A stretch of 64,000 bases of DNA, from NCBI GenBank assembly GCA_048213135.1, contig PS015010.1:1054001-1118000 (forward strand). The letters run 5' to 3'. This stretch comes from Reclinomonas americana ATCC 50394. Taxonomy: Eukaryota. The notes under the pieces were generated by a model. It worked only from the letters and a program-made list of their open reading frames with translations. It did not search any database and was not told where the DNA came from. How positions within the stretch are numbered: the stretch's first letter is position 1; the number at the start of each line of letters is the position of its first letter. Made by a program: the position numbers and the translations under genes. Positions 50,375 to 58,467 of this stretch are shown piece by piece.

Positions 50375-51688
50375 TCATTTCGCTATTTCAATCTTCACCT
50401 TCTTATTCTTGATCTTCTCGCTTTTGATGAGCTCTAACACATGCCCCACTTTGGATTTACGGACGGCTACAAACGAAAAGAAATCCTTCACCTCGATCAG
50501 CCCGATATCTTCTTTTTTCAACTGGCCTTTGTTGGACAGGAAGCCCACAATATCAATCTTGTTCACCTTATCTTTTTTTCCTGCTGCTATGAAAAGTGTG
50601 CTCCACTTAGGTTTTTCGGGAATGATGGCTTCTTCCGGCAGGGTAATGTTTTCCGTATCGGCAGTAATATAAGCGGGTAGTTTTTCTTCCGGGCCAATGA
50701 TGAGTATGGCCGTGCCGCTGGCTTCCATACGTGCTGTGCGCCCATTGCGGTGGGTAAACACATCCTCACCTGAAGGCAAATGGTAATGGATGATGTAACG
50801 GATATGAGGTATGTCGAGCCCCCGAGCCGCCAGGTCGGTAGTCACTAAAATATTCGACGTGCCATTCCTGAATTTGCAAAGTGCGGAATCGCGGTCGCGT
50901 TGTTCCATGCCGCCGTGGTAGAATACGTTCAGCACACTTTTGCCGGATAAAGCTTCGCTTGTTCTTTCCACAGCCTCGCGGTGGTTGCAGAAAATGATGG
51001 TAGGCCGGTTACCCAGCATACATACCAGCCGGAAAAGGCTTTCCAGTTTATCTTTTTCGGGGCTCTTCAGTTGTTTGATCTCCAGCGCTTTTTTCTCATC
51101 GCTACCCTCGGGCAGGAAATTAAGCCGGGCAGGGGACTGCAGGGCGATGAATTCAGGAATGTCAACCGCCTCCGTGGCTGAAGTGAGTATGCGTTTGTTA
51201 ATATTCTTTAGTTGCGACAGGATGAATTCCATCTCTTCCAAAAAGCCCAGCTCCAGCGATTTGTCAAATTCGTCGAGAACCAGGGTTTTGATCTGTTCCG
51301 TGGAAAAGTTATTGCGGCGGATGTGATCGGCCAGTCGCCCGGCCGTACCAATAATGATGGCAGGGGCTTCCACCAGGTTATTTTCCTCGATCTCCCTTTT
51401 GTGCCCGCCATAGCAGAGCGTTACCTTATAACCGGTGCCCATTTTGCGCAGCACATCGTCTATCTGTATGGCCAGTTCCCGTGAAGGAACGATAACCAGA
51501 GCCTGAACAGCCTTACTCGTTTTATCGAGCCGGGCAAGCAGCGGAAGAAGGAAGGCTAATGTCTTACCTGAGCCTGTAGCCGACAGCAGAACTACGTCAT
51601 TTTCAGACTGTCCCGCTTCCAGCGAGGCTTCCTGCATGGGGTTGAGGTTACTGATCTGCAGACGTTCGAGGTATTGGGCTGTTTCCAT
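50375..51688 (-). CDS. DEAD-box RNA helicase with DbpA-type RNA-binding domain
   Basis: ATGSGKT, PSRELA, DEFD, SAT, ARGLD, HRNGRTAR; C-terminal GKKDKV...IGLI domain. Confidence 0.93.
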   Translation of the reverse strand: METAQYLERLQISNLNPMQEASLEAGQSENDVVLLSATGSGKTLAFLLPLLARLDKTSKAVQALVIVPSRELAIQIDDVLRKMGTGYKVTLCYGGHKREIEENNLVEAPAIIIGTAGRLADHIRRNNFSTEQIKTLVLDEFDKSLELGFLEEMEFILSQLKNINKRILTSATEAVDIPEFIALQSPARLNFLPEGSDEKKALEIKQLKSPEKDKLESLFRLVCMLGNRPTIIFCNHREAVERTSEALSGKSVLNVFYHGGMEQRDRDSALCKFRNGTSNILVTTDLAARGLDIPHIRYIIHYHLPSGEDVFTHRNGRTARMEASGTAILIIGPEEKLPAYITADTENITLPEEAIIPEKPKWSTLFIAAGKKDKVNKIDIVGFLSNKGQLKKEDIGLIEVKDFFSFVAVRKSKVGHVLELIKSEKIKNKKVKIEIAK

Positions 51689-51816
51689 GGGGGCAAAGAT
51701 ACGGGATAAGGGATGCCGGATGGCAGATACCCGATACCGGGTGAATAATCCGGGGACAGGTATCCGGCATCCAATTCACAGAAAACAAAGATTGGAGGGG
51801 AAATAAATTTTATAAC

Positions 51817-51840
51817 TAAACGAACATTCACTTATCTTTG
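51817..51840 (+). promoter_or_regulatory. Imperfect palindrome (candidate TetR operator) overlapping a TATCTTTG -7 box
   Basis: TAAACGAACATTCACTTA (12/18 symmetric) overlapping TATCTTTG at 51833-51840. Confidence 0.45.
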
Positions 51841-51855
51841 CCGTCAAACAGTAAT

Positions 51856-52449
51856 ATGCGGACAAGGGATACCGGTAAAGAAAAGCTCGTAAAAGAGAAA
51901 GCCATTGAGTTATTGGTAAAGGACGGCTTCGATGGTTTCAGTATGAATAAACTGGCGAAAGCCTGCAGTATTTCCGTAGCCACCCTGTACATCTATTACC
52001 AGCATAAGGAAGACCTCATTCGCCAGCTGGCACTGGAGGAAGGGAAGAAGATGACCGATGCCACTCTGAAAGGTTTTACCGCGGATATGCCTTTCCGGGA
52101 GGGACTAAAAAAGCAATGGGAGAACCGCTCCAGGTTCTGGCTTAAAAATCCCATGTCGGGCAAATTCTTTGAACTGATACGCAGTTCGCCATACGGAGAT
52201 GAGGTAACCGCGGCCATTACAAAAGAATTTAGTGAAGTGATGAAACAATTCACACACACAGCCGTCCTCAACAAAGAATTGCGGCCACTGACGCTTGAAG
52301 TGTACTGGAGCATCGCATTCGGACCCTTGCTTACCCTGCTGCGTTTTCATTTTGAACAGCGCAGCATCGGCAACCGGCCCTTTCGTTTCAATGATAAAGT
52401 GATGTATGAAACACTCGACCTGGTGCTGAAAGCCCTTGAACCATCGTAA
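51856..52449 (+). CDS. TetR/AcrR family regulator
   Basis: GFDGFSMNKLAKACSISVATLYIYYQHKEDL HTH. Confidence 0.93.
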   Translation: MRTRDTGKEKLVKEKAIELLVKDGFDGFSMNKLAKACSISVATLYIYYQHKEDLIRQLALEEGKKMTDATLKGFTADMPFREGLKKQWENRSRFWLKNPMSGKFFELIRSSPYGDEVTAAITKEFSEVMKQFTHTAVLNKELRPLTLEVYWSIAFGPLLTLLRFHFEQRSIGNRPFRFNDKVMYETLDLVLKALEPS

Positions 52450-52481
52450 CCCTGTTAACTATAGCCAAAATATCAACTGCC

Positions 52482-52697
52482 ATGAACAACATCTTAATCT
52501 TCAAAACCAACATCTGCTCGGAAGAGGAGCGTAGCAGGATAGCCGCCGCCCTCGATACCTGCGAAGGTATCCAGCGCTGGAACGTAGACCTTAAAGACAG
52601 CGACTATGTTCTCCGTATCGACACACCCACACTTTGCAGCGAACACATTATTGCCCTGGTAAGTTCCCATGGGTATGAGTGTTCTGAACTGGAATGA
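52482..52697 (+). CDS. Small HMA/ferredoxin-fold-like protein (no CxxC)
   Basis: FKTNIC...WNVDLKDSDYVLRI...GYECSEL pattern of Bacteroidota HMA-like proteins. Confidence 0.7.
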   Translation: MNNILIFKTNICSEEERSRIAAALDTCEGIQRWNVDLKDSDYVLRIDTPTLCSEHIIALVSSHGYECSELE

Positions 52698-52827
52698 GTA
52701 ATGAGTACTGAGTAGTTAGTATTGAGTAGCAAGAGGGAAAATAAATGCTGCCTGCTTTATTCTTAATACTTGATACTTGCTACTTAATACCAGGCACTAT
52801 GCACTAACTACTAAATACTAAATAACT
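52695..52827. repeat. Inverted TGAGTAN/NTACTNA heptamer arrays
   Basis: TGAGTAA TGAGTAC TGAGTAG TTAGTAT TGAGTAG at 52695-52729; complementary degenerate units at about 52760-52827. Confidence 0.7.
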
Positions 52828-52829
52828 CC

Positions 52830-54080
52830 ATGGATAACAACCAACCCCAACCTTTTACGTCCTACCAAAAACTACTGGTAGTGATATTAACTTTATTGCA
52901 ATTCACTGTCATACTCGACTTTATGGTATTGTCGCCGCTGGGTGATATACTGATGAAAACCTTTTCCATCACGCCTAAACAATTCGGGCTGGTGGTGTCG
53001 GCCTATGCGTTCAGTGCCGGAGCTTCGGGTATACTGGCCGCGGGCTTCGCCGATAAATTCGACCGCAAAAAAATGCTTGTGTTCTTTTATGCCGGGTTTA
53101 TTGCCGGTACGTTTTGCTGCGCCATGGCCAACAGTTATGAAATGCTGCTCATTGCCCGTATCGTTACCGGTTTGTTCGGCGGTGTTATCGGTGCCATATC
53201 ACTGGCCATTGTGGCCGATATCTTTACCATCAACCAGCGGGGCAGGGTAATGGGCTTTATGCAGATGGGTTTTGCCGCCAGCCAGGTGCTGGGCATACCC
53301 ATTGGCCTGTACTTTGCCGACCTGTGGGGATGGCACAGTTCCTTCCTGCTAATAGTAGGACTGGCCGCTTTTATCCTCGTTGTGGTACTGATGAAAGTAA
53401 AGCCAGTAACGGGGCACCTGCAACTGCAAAACGACAAGAACCCGCTGCTGCACCTGTGGCATACCGTTAAGAAAAGGAATTACCGTGTCGGTTTCCTGGC
53501 TACGGCATTTTTGTCGGTGGGCGGGTTTATGATGATGCCTTTTGGCAGTGCCTTTTTGGTGAACAATATTCACATTCCGCAGGACCAGTTGAAACTCGTG
53601 TTTATGTGTACCGGCCTGGCATCGATCGCGATCATGCCGCTGGTAGGTAAACTCAGCGATAAGATCGATAAATACACGTTGTTCACCGGCGGATCCATTC
53701 TCGCCATTATTATGGTGATCGTGTACACGCACTTCGGACCTACCGCTTTGTGGATAGTGATCGTTACCAACATGATCCTTTTCATGGGTATTATGAGCCG
53801 TATCATACCCGCCCAGGCACTCACCACCGCCGTGCCCGATATGCAGGACAGGGGCGCCTTTATGAGCGTGAACAGTTCGCTGCAGCAGATGGCCGGGGGC
53901 ATTGCCGCGGTATGTGCCGGTATGATTGTTACGCAGGCCAGCAAAACAGCGCCGCTGGAACATTATGATACGCTTGGCTTTGTAGTGTCGGGCGTTATTG
54001 TGGTTTGCCTGTTCCTGGTATATCGTGTAAGTGTGCTGGTAAAGCACAAGTTCCAGAAACCACCCGCTGCCGTAAACTAA
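52830..54080 (+). CDS. MFS transporter (drug:H+ antiporter-like)
   Basis: ADKFDRKK motif A, 12 TM helices; downstream of tetR. Confidence 0.92.
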   Translation: MDNNQPQPFTSYQKLLVVILTLLQFTVILDFMVLSPLGDILMKTFSITPKQFGLVVSAYAFSAGASGILAAGFADKFDRKKMLVFFYAGFIAGTFCCAMANSYEMLLIARIVTGLFGGVIGAISLAIVADIFTINQRGRVMGFMQMGFAASQVLGIPIGLYFADLWGWHSSFLLIVGLAAFILVVVLMKVKPVTGHLQLQNDKNPLLHLWHTVKKRNYRVGFLATAFLSVGGFMMMPFGSAFLVNNIHIPQDQLKLVFMCTGLASIAIMPLVGKLSDKIDKYTLFTGGSILAIIMVIVYTHFGPTALWIVIVTNMILFMGIMSRIIPAQALTTAVPDMQDRGAFMSVNSSLQQMAGGIAAVCAGMIVTQASKTAPLEHYDTLGFVVSGVIVVCLFLVYRVSVLVKHKFQKPPAAVN

Positions 54081-54188
54081 ATATCCGGTACGTTCGCTCG
54101 GAATGTACCGGTAAACAATTGACCATGACCTTATTTTGCAACAGGGCTTCGGCCCTGTTTTTTATTATCACCCATAAAACCACTGTTT

Positions 54189-54704
54189 ATGAAAAAAGTA
54201 CTGCTTGCGCTGGCATTCCTTTGCTCTGCCGGCCTTGCTGCCCGGGCCCAAAAAACCGCTCCCGCCAAAGATTTTGAAACCCGCTTTACCGCTTTGTTTG
54301 ATTTCGTAGTAGCCGAAATGTCGGAGGCCGACGCGAAGAAGGCCGGTTTTGTTGGCACTGTACAGGCAGGTGTTTATCCCGTAAAGCAGGGATTACCCAA
54401 TGCCAAAGATGAACAACTGATGCTGGTGGCAGGTTCACAGCACTGGATCTACCGCTCTGAACTGGGCAGGTTTAAAGCAGGACAGGAGGCGGCAGGTAAG
54501 GCAGAGGAAGAAAGACTGTCGGCCATTATCCTTGCAAAAATCAAGGCCGCCGGCTGGGTGGAAGTGAAGAAACTGACTTCATCCGCATCATCAGCCTTTC
54601 GCACCGTATTACACTACCGCAACAGCGACGGAACACATAATGTACGCTTGAAAGTACAGCACAACTCCAAAAACGAGGATGTGCTGCAGTTGTATCTCGA
54701 ATAA
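54189..54704 (+). CDS. Hypothetical secreted protein
   Basis: Signal peptide ending ARAQ. Confidence 0.7.
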   Translation: MKKVLLALAFLCSAGLAARAQKTAPAKDFETRFTALFDFVVAEMSEADAKKAGFVGTVQAGVYPVKQGLPNAKDEQLMLVAGSQHWIYRSELGRFKAGQEAAGKAEEERLSAIILAKIKAAGWVEVKKLTSSASSAFRTVLHYRNSDGTHNVRLKVQHNSKNEDVLQLYLE

Positions 54705-54776
54705 TGCTGGTTTTTATTAATACACATGGTTGTATTATGCCTGAGAGTAAAACGCCTGGTATGTTGATGCCGGGCA

Positions 54777-54799
54777 TTTTTATGCCGCAGGCATAAAAA
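54777..54799. terminator. Bidirectional terminator-like hairpin
   Basis: TTTTTATGCC-GCA-GGCATAAAAA between convergent genes. Confidence 0.6.
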
Positions 54800-54979
54800 G
54801 TAGCAAGTATTGAGTAATTAGTAGTGAGAAGATGCCCACCGTTTTTTGATGAGTTTTTTTGATGCTGAGTACTTATTCGCTTTTGTAAAGTATATCCTGT
54901 AACAGTTATCAGTCAGAAAGAGGAGCTTATCTTTTTTTGACAACCCTTCTTGCTACTCACTACCTGATACCTGCTACTC

Positions 54980-55876
54980 TCACTCATCAAACATGGATCG
55001 CTGCGCAGACTGCTTCGCCGGTACGGTCAGCGACAGCTTAAACGCTTTGTTTAATTGTTCGATGAAATGCGTGGCAAGGAGCGGGGATTCCATTTCCACG
55101 TTCTGGTGAACGAAGAAGTATAACTTTTGCAGACCTTCTTTTCTCCATTTTTTGATACGGACGAGCCACTCATCAAGCCGGTCTTTGTCGGACGGGTGGT
55201 TGGCGCCTACCCAGCGAACAAAGGCTTCCGGCCCGGTGAGGCGCATGTGCAGCATATCCCGCCGCCCGGCGGTATCTACAATAATATTGGCCATGCCGCT
55301 TTTCTCCAACAGCTCCGTATACTCCTGCGCTATTTTTTTATCGGAGAACCACTCTTCGTTGCGTACTTCTACGGCCAGGGGAATACCTTTTGGGAAGCTG
55401 GTGATCATCTTTTTCAGCCGGTCGAAGTCTTTGGGTTTGAAATTGTCGTGCAGTTGTAAAAAGGGCATACCCAGCCTGTCGCCGAAGTTGCTGATGGCGT
55501 TGCAAAACTCGTCTACCGGCTCCTGCACATCTATGAGACGTTTGTAATGACTGATGGTGTTGGTGAGTTTTGGAAAGAACTTAAACCCTTCGGGAGTTTT
55601 GTCTTTCCAGGTTTGGACCTGCTTCCAGTCGGGCATATTATAAAAAGTGGCATTGAGTTCGATGCTGTTGAACTGGGTGGCATAGTAACGCAGTTCGTCT
55701 TTGGTACCGCGGGGGTAGAAGCCTTTGAGATCGGTACGGTTCCACTTGGCGCAGCCGATGTATACTTCAAAGGGGGTGTCGTTTTGATGCGCCTTCAGCA
55801 GACGGGTGGTATCAGGAGCGTCTGTAGGCAGGGTGAAATCTACCCGGGCAGGGTTGGCTACTTTTCCGAATTCCAT
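54980..55876 (-). CDS. DUF72 (YecE-like) protein
   Basis: YATQFNSIELNATFY, FLQL, VEVRNEEWF, LYFFVH. Confidence 0.92.
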   Translation of the reverse strand: MEFGKVANPARVDFTLPTDAPDTTRLLKAHQNDTPFEVYIGCAKWNRTDLKGFYPRGTKDELRYYATQFNSIELNATFYNMPDWKQVQTWKDKTPEGFKFFPKLTNTISHYKRLIDVQEPVDEFCNAISNFGDRLGMPFLQLHDNFKPKDFDRLKKMITSFPKGIPLAVEVRNEEWFSDKKIAQEYTELLEKSGMANIIVDTAGRRDMLHMRLTGPEAFVRWVGANHPSDKDRLDEWLVRIKKWRKEGLQKLYFFVHQNVEMESPLLATHFIEQLNKAFKLSLTVPAKQSAQRSMFDE

Positions 55877-55927
55877 AATGGGGCGTTTAGTTTACAAAGT
55901 AAGAGAATTAAGAATTACGAATTTCAA

Positions 55928-56155
55928 ATTACGAATTACGGATGTGGTAGGGCTGGGGTATTTGTTTTGAGTGCAATTTTTCACGGAGATACACGGAGGT
56001 TTTTTACAGAGGGGCGCAGAGGGTTTTCACGGAGGGCACGGAGAGGGGTCTTGTAATAGGATTACGAATTACGGATGTGGTGGGGCTGGGGTATTTGTTT
56101 TGAGTGCAATTTTTCACGGAGATACACGGAGGTTTTTCACAGAGGGACGCAGAGG
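55928..56155 (+). repeat. 95-bp direct repeat x2 (period 133 bp) containing CACGGAG-type motifs
   Basis: 55928-56022 versus 56061-56155, three mismatches. Confidence 0.9.
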
Positions 56156-56198
56156 CGGGATCGGAAGGAAAGGGAATTCTTTAAGCGGGAAGGTTAAT

Positions 56199-56471
56199 AC
56201 CAGGGGTGCAGGGTCGGCAACTGTTTGTGCAGGAAGGATAACTATACTTGCAGGTGCGGGAACTATACATGTAGGGCCTTCAACTATACTTTCAGTTACA
56301 AGAACTATTAGTGCAGGAAGAAATACTGACGGCGCAAGAATAATAACTATACTGGCAGGTGCGGCCACTATATGTGCAGGCTTGCCAACTATACTTGCAG
56401 GAACGGGAACTATTATGGCAGGAAAGAAAACTATGGGTGAAGGTAGAATAACTATAATGGCAGGAGGTGGA
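56199..56471 (+). repeat. Tandem array of 13 x 21-bp units (consensus ACTATACTTGCAGG-N7)
   Basis: ACC/ACT at exact 21-bp spacing: 56199, 56220, 56241 ... 56451, with no indels. Confidence 0.9.
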
Positions 56472-56639
56472 AATGAAAAGGTGCTTGGGGGTGTGGTTAG
56501 CTTGGAAACAGTCTGGTAGAATTGTCCGGCACAAGTGACCCGCAGGAGCGGAACACTTGAACTAGGAGGAATGTATTTATGTCAAAAATTGCTTTTTTAT
56601 TATCTTCGTCTGAAATATTTAGTCGAAAGAACTGCTTTC

Positions 56640-57386
56640 ATGTCTAATTACTACCCAAATATTAAAGTACTTGCTATAAGTGGATACGAAGTGTATTTTA
56701 CGAGGTTCGCTGATTCAATAATCAATGATCACTTCACTAATGCTGTGACGGAATTAACAGATATTCTGAATAACTTTACTATAAATGAAAGACAAATTAT
56801 TCAAGGCGGCGGCGGTTTAAGTAGTATAACGCAAGAACTGGCAGGTTTACTAGTAACGAAAGGGTGGAAGAAGGCTAAAATAGAAAGCCAGCATAATGTG
56901 GGAGGAAGGGTACTTACTTCTGAAAGCCATGAAGTAGATCATTATAAATCCTTTCCTCAAGGAAACATTGGGCTTGAGATAGAATGGAACAATAAAGACC
57001 CTTTTTATGATAGGGATTTAGAGAACTTTAGAAAATTACATCAAATAGGAGAGTTAAGTATTGGTATAATCATTACTCGTGGTGCAAGTTTGCAACAAGA
57101 ATTGTACAATGTTATTCGTAGGTTTTTAGAAAGTATCTTCCCTTTTACATTGGCTCAATTAAATGCTAATATATCACTTTCAGACACAGCAAAGAAGACA
57201 ATTACAGGTTATCTTTCTTTTTCTAAAGATGCTGCTTTAGACAAAATTGCGGCCGCAATTTACAACTCGAAGTATGGCGCAGCTACAACCCATATGAACA
57301 AATTACTATTGAGGCTAGATAGAGGGGTAGGTAATCCGTGTCCATTTATTCTTATTGGTATTGGAAAAGAAAGGCTAACTCCTTGA
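56640..57386 (+). CDS. BglII/BstYI-superfamily restriction endonuclease-like protein (EWNNKDPFYDRDL subgroup)
   Basis: HEVDH...LEIEWNNKDPFYDRDLENF...GIIITRG...CPFILIGI; AT-rich. ATG 56640 is preferred to GTG 56535. Confidence 0.8.
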   Translation: MSNYYPNIKVLAISGYEVYFTRFADSIINDHFTNAVTELTDILNNFTINERQIIQGGGGLSSITQELAGLLVTKGWKKAKIESQHNVGGRVLTSESHEVDHYKSFPQGNIGLEIEWNNKDPFYDRDLENFRKLHQIGELSIGIIITRGASLQQELYNVIRRFLESIFPFTLAQLNANISLSDTAKKTITGYLSFSKDAALDKIAAAIYNSKYGAATTHMNKLLLRLDRGVGNPCPFILIGIGKERLTP

Positions 57387-57829
57387 TGGAAGAACGCAAA
57401 TATAAGAGAGATAAACGTTCACCTGTCCCAGTTTCGGAGATAACGTCTCGAATGATGAGTGGAATTAAGTCTAAGAATACAAAAGCGGAAATTAAGTTAA
57501 GAAAAGCATTGTGGTCTATTGGACTTCGTTATCAGTTACATAATAGAAAATTACCTGCACTCCCGATATCGTGTTAAAGAAATATAAACTTGCAATTTTT
57601 GTGGATGGCGAATTTTGGCATGGAAAGGAATGGGAGGCTAGAAAACATAAGATTAAAAATAGTACCGAATTTTGGATCAGTAAAATTGAAAAAAAATATC
57701 AAAAGAGACAAAGACGTTAATTTGAAACTTTCAGTTATGGGATATCCTGTGATGCGTTTCTGGAGCTTTGAAGTTGAAAAACAACTAGGAATTTGTATCC
57801 GTGCCATTATTTATTGTTACAGACAATAA
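57386..57829 (+). pseudogene. vsr: Very-short-patch repair endonuclease with two frameshifts
   Basis: SRMMSGIKSKNTKAE, then LP[G]TPDIV...FVDGEFWHG in a shifted frame, then NIKRD...MRFW back in the original frame. One base is missing at about 57557, there is an in-frame TAA at 57575-57577, and an extra A in the A8 run at 57689-57696. The start overlaps the upstream stop (TGATG). Confidence 0.88.
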
Positions 57830-57855
57830 TGAATACGATTAAGCATTAAATTCTT

Positions 57856-58467
57856 CTAGGGTTCTATTCCTATCAGAATTAATGGGACTGAAGGCACACC
57901 TCGGCCTTGTCGTGCAAGATCATACAAAGCTCCTTCATAATATCCTGGTCCAGATGACATTTGAGCTTGCATTGATTTCATAGGCAAAATTTCAATTCCC
58001 AAATCAATTGTATTTCCTACATAGAAAGCCAAATGTTTTACGAATAAATCGTATGCGATAAAACTATACTTTCCAAACTGAACTTCAACAGCGATTCTAT
58101 TTTTTACAAAATCTGTTTGGTTATAGGATTTTATGGGCTGCTTTTTTGCTGCTTGAATTTCTTGTTTTTGTTCAGTCGCTGAAAGATTAAGAGTTCTAGT
58201 TATTAATTCATAGTCATCGGTAACCCAATAGTCTGTTCTGCTATATTTCCATTTTAACTTCTCAAAATCGAGCTTAAGGCGCTTGTTCAATGCTATCGGA
58301 TCAAATAGCGCCTTACCTTTCATGGTTTTTTCCTTGCTGATTTTTGTTCGATATTTAGCAGCTTGAATCTTTGATATTACTTCATCAATTTCTTTCCAAA
58401 CTCCTTTATGATGATATTGTAGCCACTCGTAACCATTAAGATGGGAGTAATATTTTGCTATCTTCAT
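57856..58467 (-). CDS. BstYI-like type II restriction endonuclease (predicted RGATCY-related site)
   Basis: 203 aa with YSHLNG, SYNQTDFVKNRIAVEVQFGKYSF, DLFVKH and RQGRGVP...LIGI, closely following BstYI as recalled. Confidence 0.88.
   Translation of the reverse strand: MKIAKYYSHLNGYEWLQYHHKGVWKEIDEVISKIQAAKYRTKISKEKTMKGKALFDPIALNKRLKLDFEKLKWKYSRTDYWVTDDYELITRTLNLSATEQKQEIQAAKKQPIKSYNQTDFVKNRIAVEVQFGKYSFIAYDLFVKHLAFYVGNTIDLGIEILPMKSMQAQMSSGPGYYEGALYDLARQGRGVPSVPLILIGIEP

Noticed and set aside
50375-51688. DEFD instead of DEAD as a sign of an inactive helicase
   Set aside because: DExD variation is tolerated and all other helicase motifs are intact.
56199-56471. 21-bp array as a CRISPR array
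   Set aside because: The period is far too short, the variable part is only about 7 nt, repeats are degenerate with a higher-order duplication pattern, and no cas genes are in view.
55971-56519. 182-aa plus-strand ORF as a confident gene
   Set aside because: It is built entirely from the 95-bp duplication and the 21-bp array, with a TTG start inside a repeat. Not excluded, but unsupported.
56292-56534. Cys/Ser/Thr-rich minus-strand ORF as a RiPP precursor
   Set aside because: The composition is a by-product of the 21-bp repeat; there is no leader, no ATG start and no modifying enzymes nearby.
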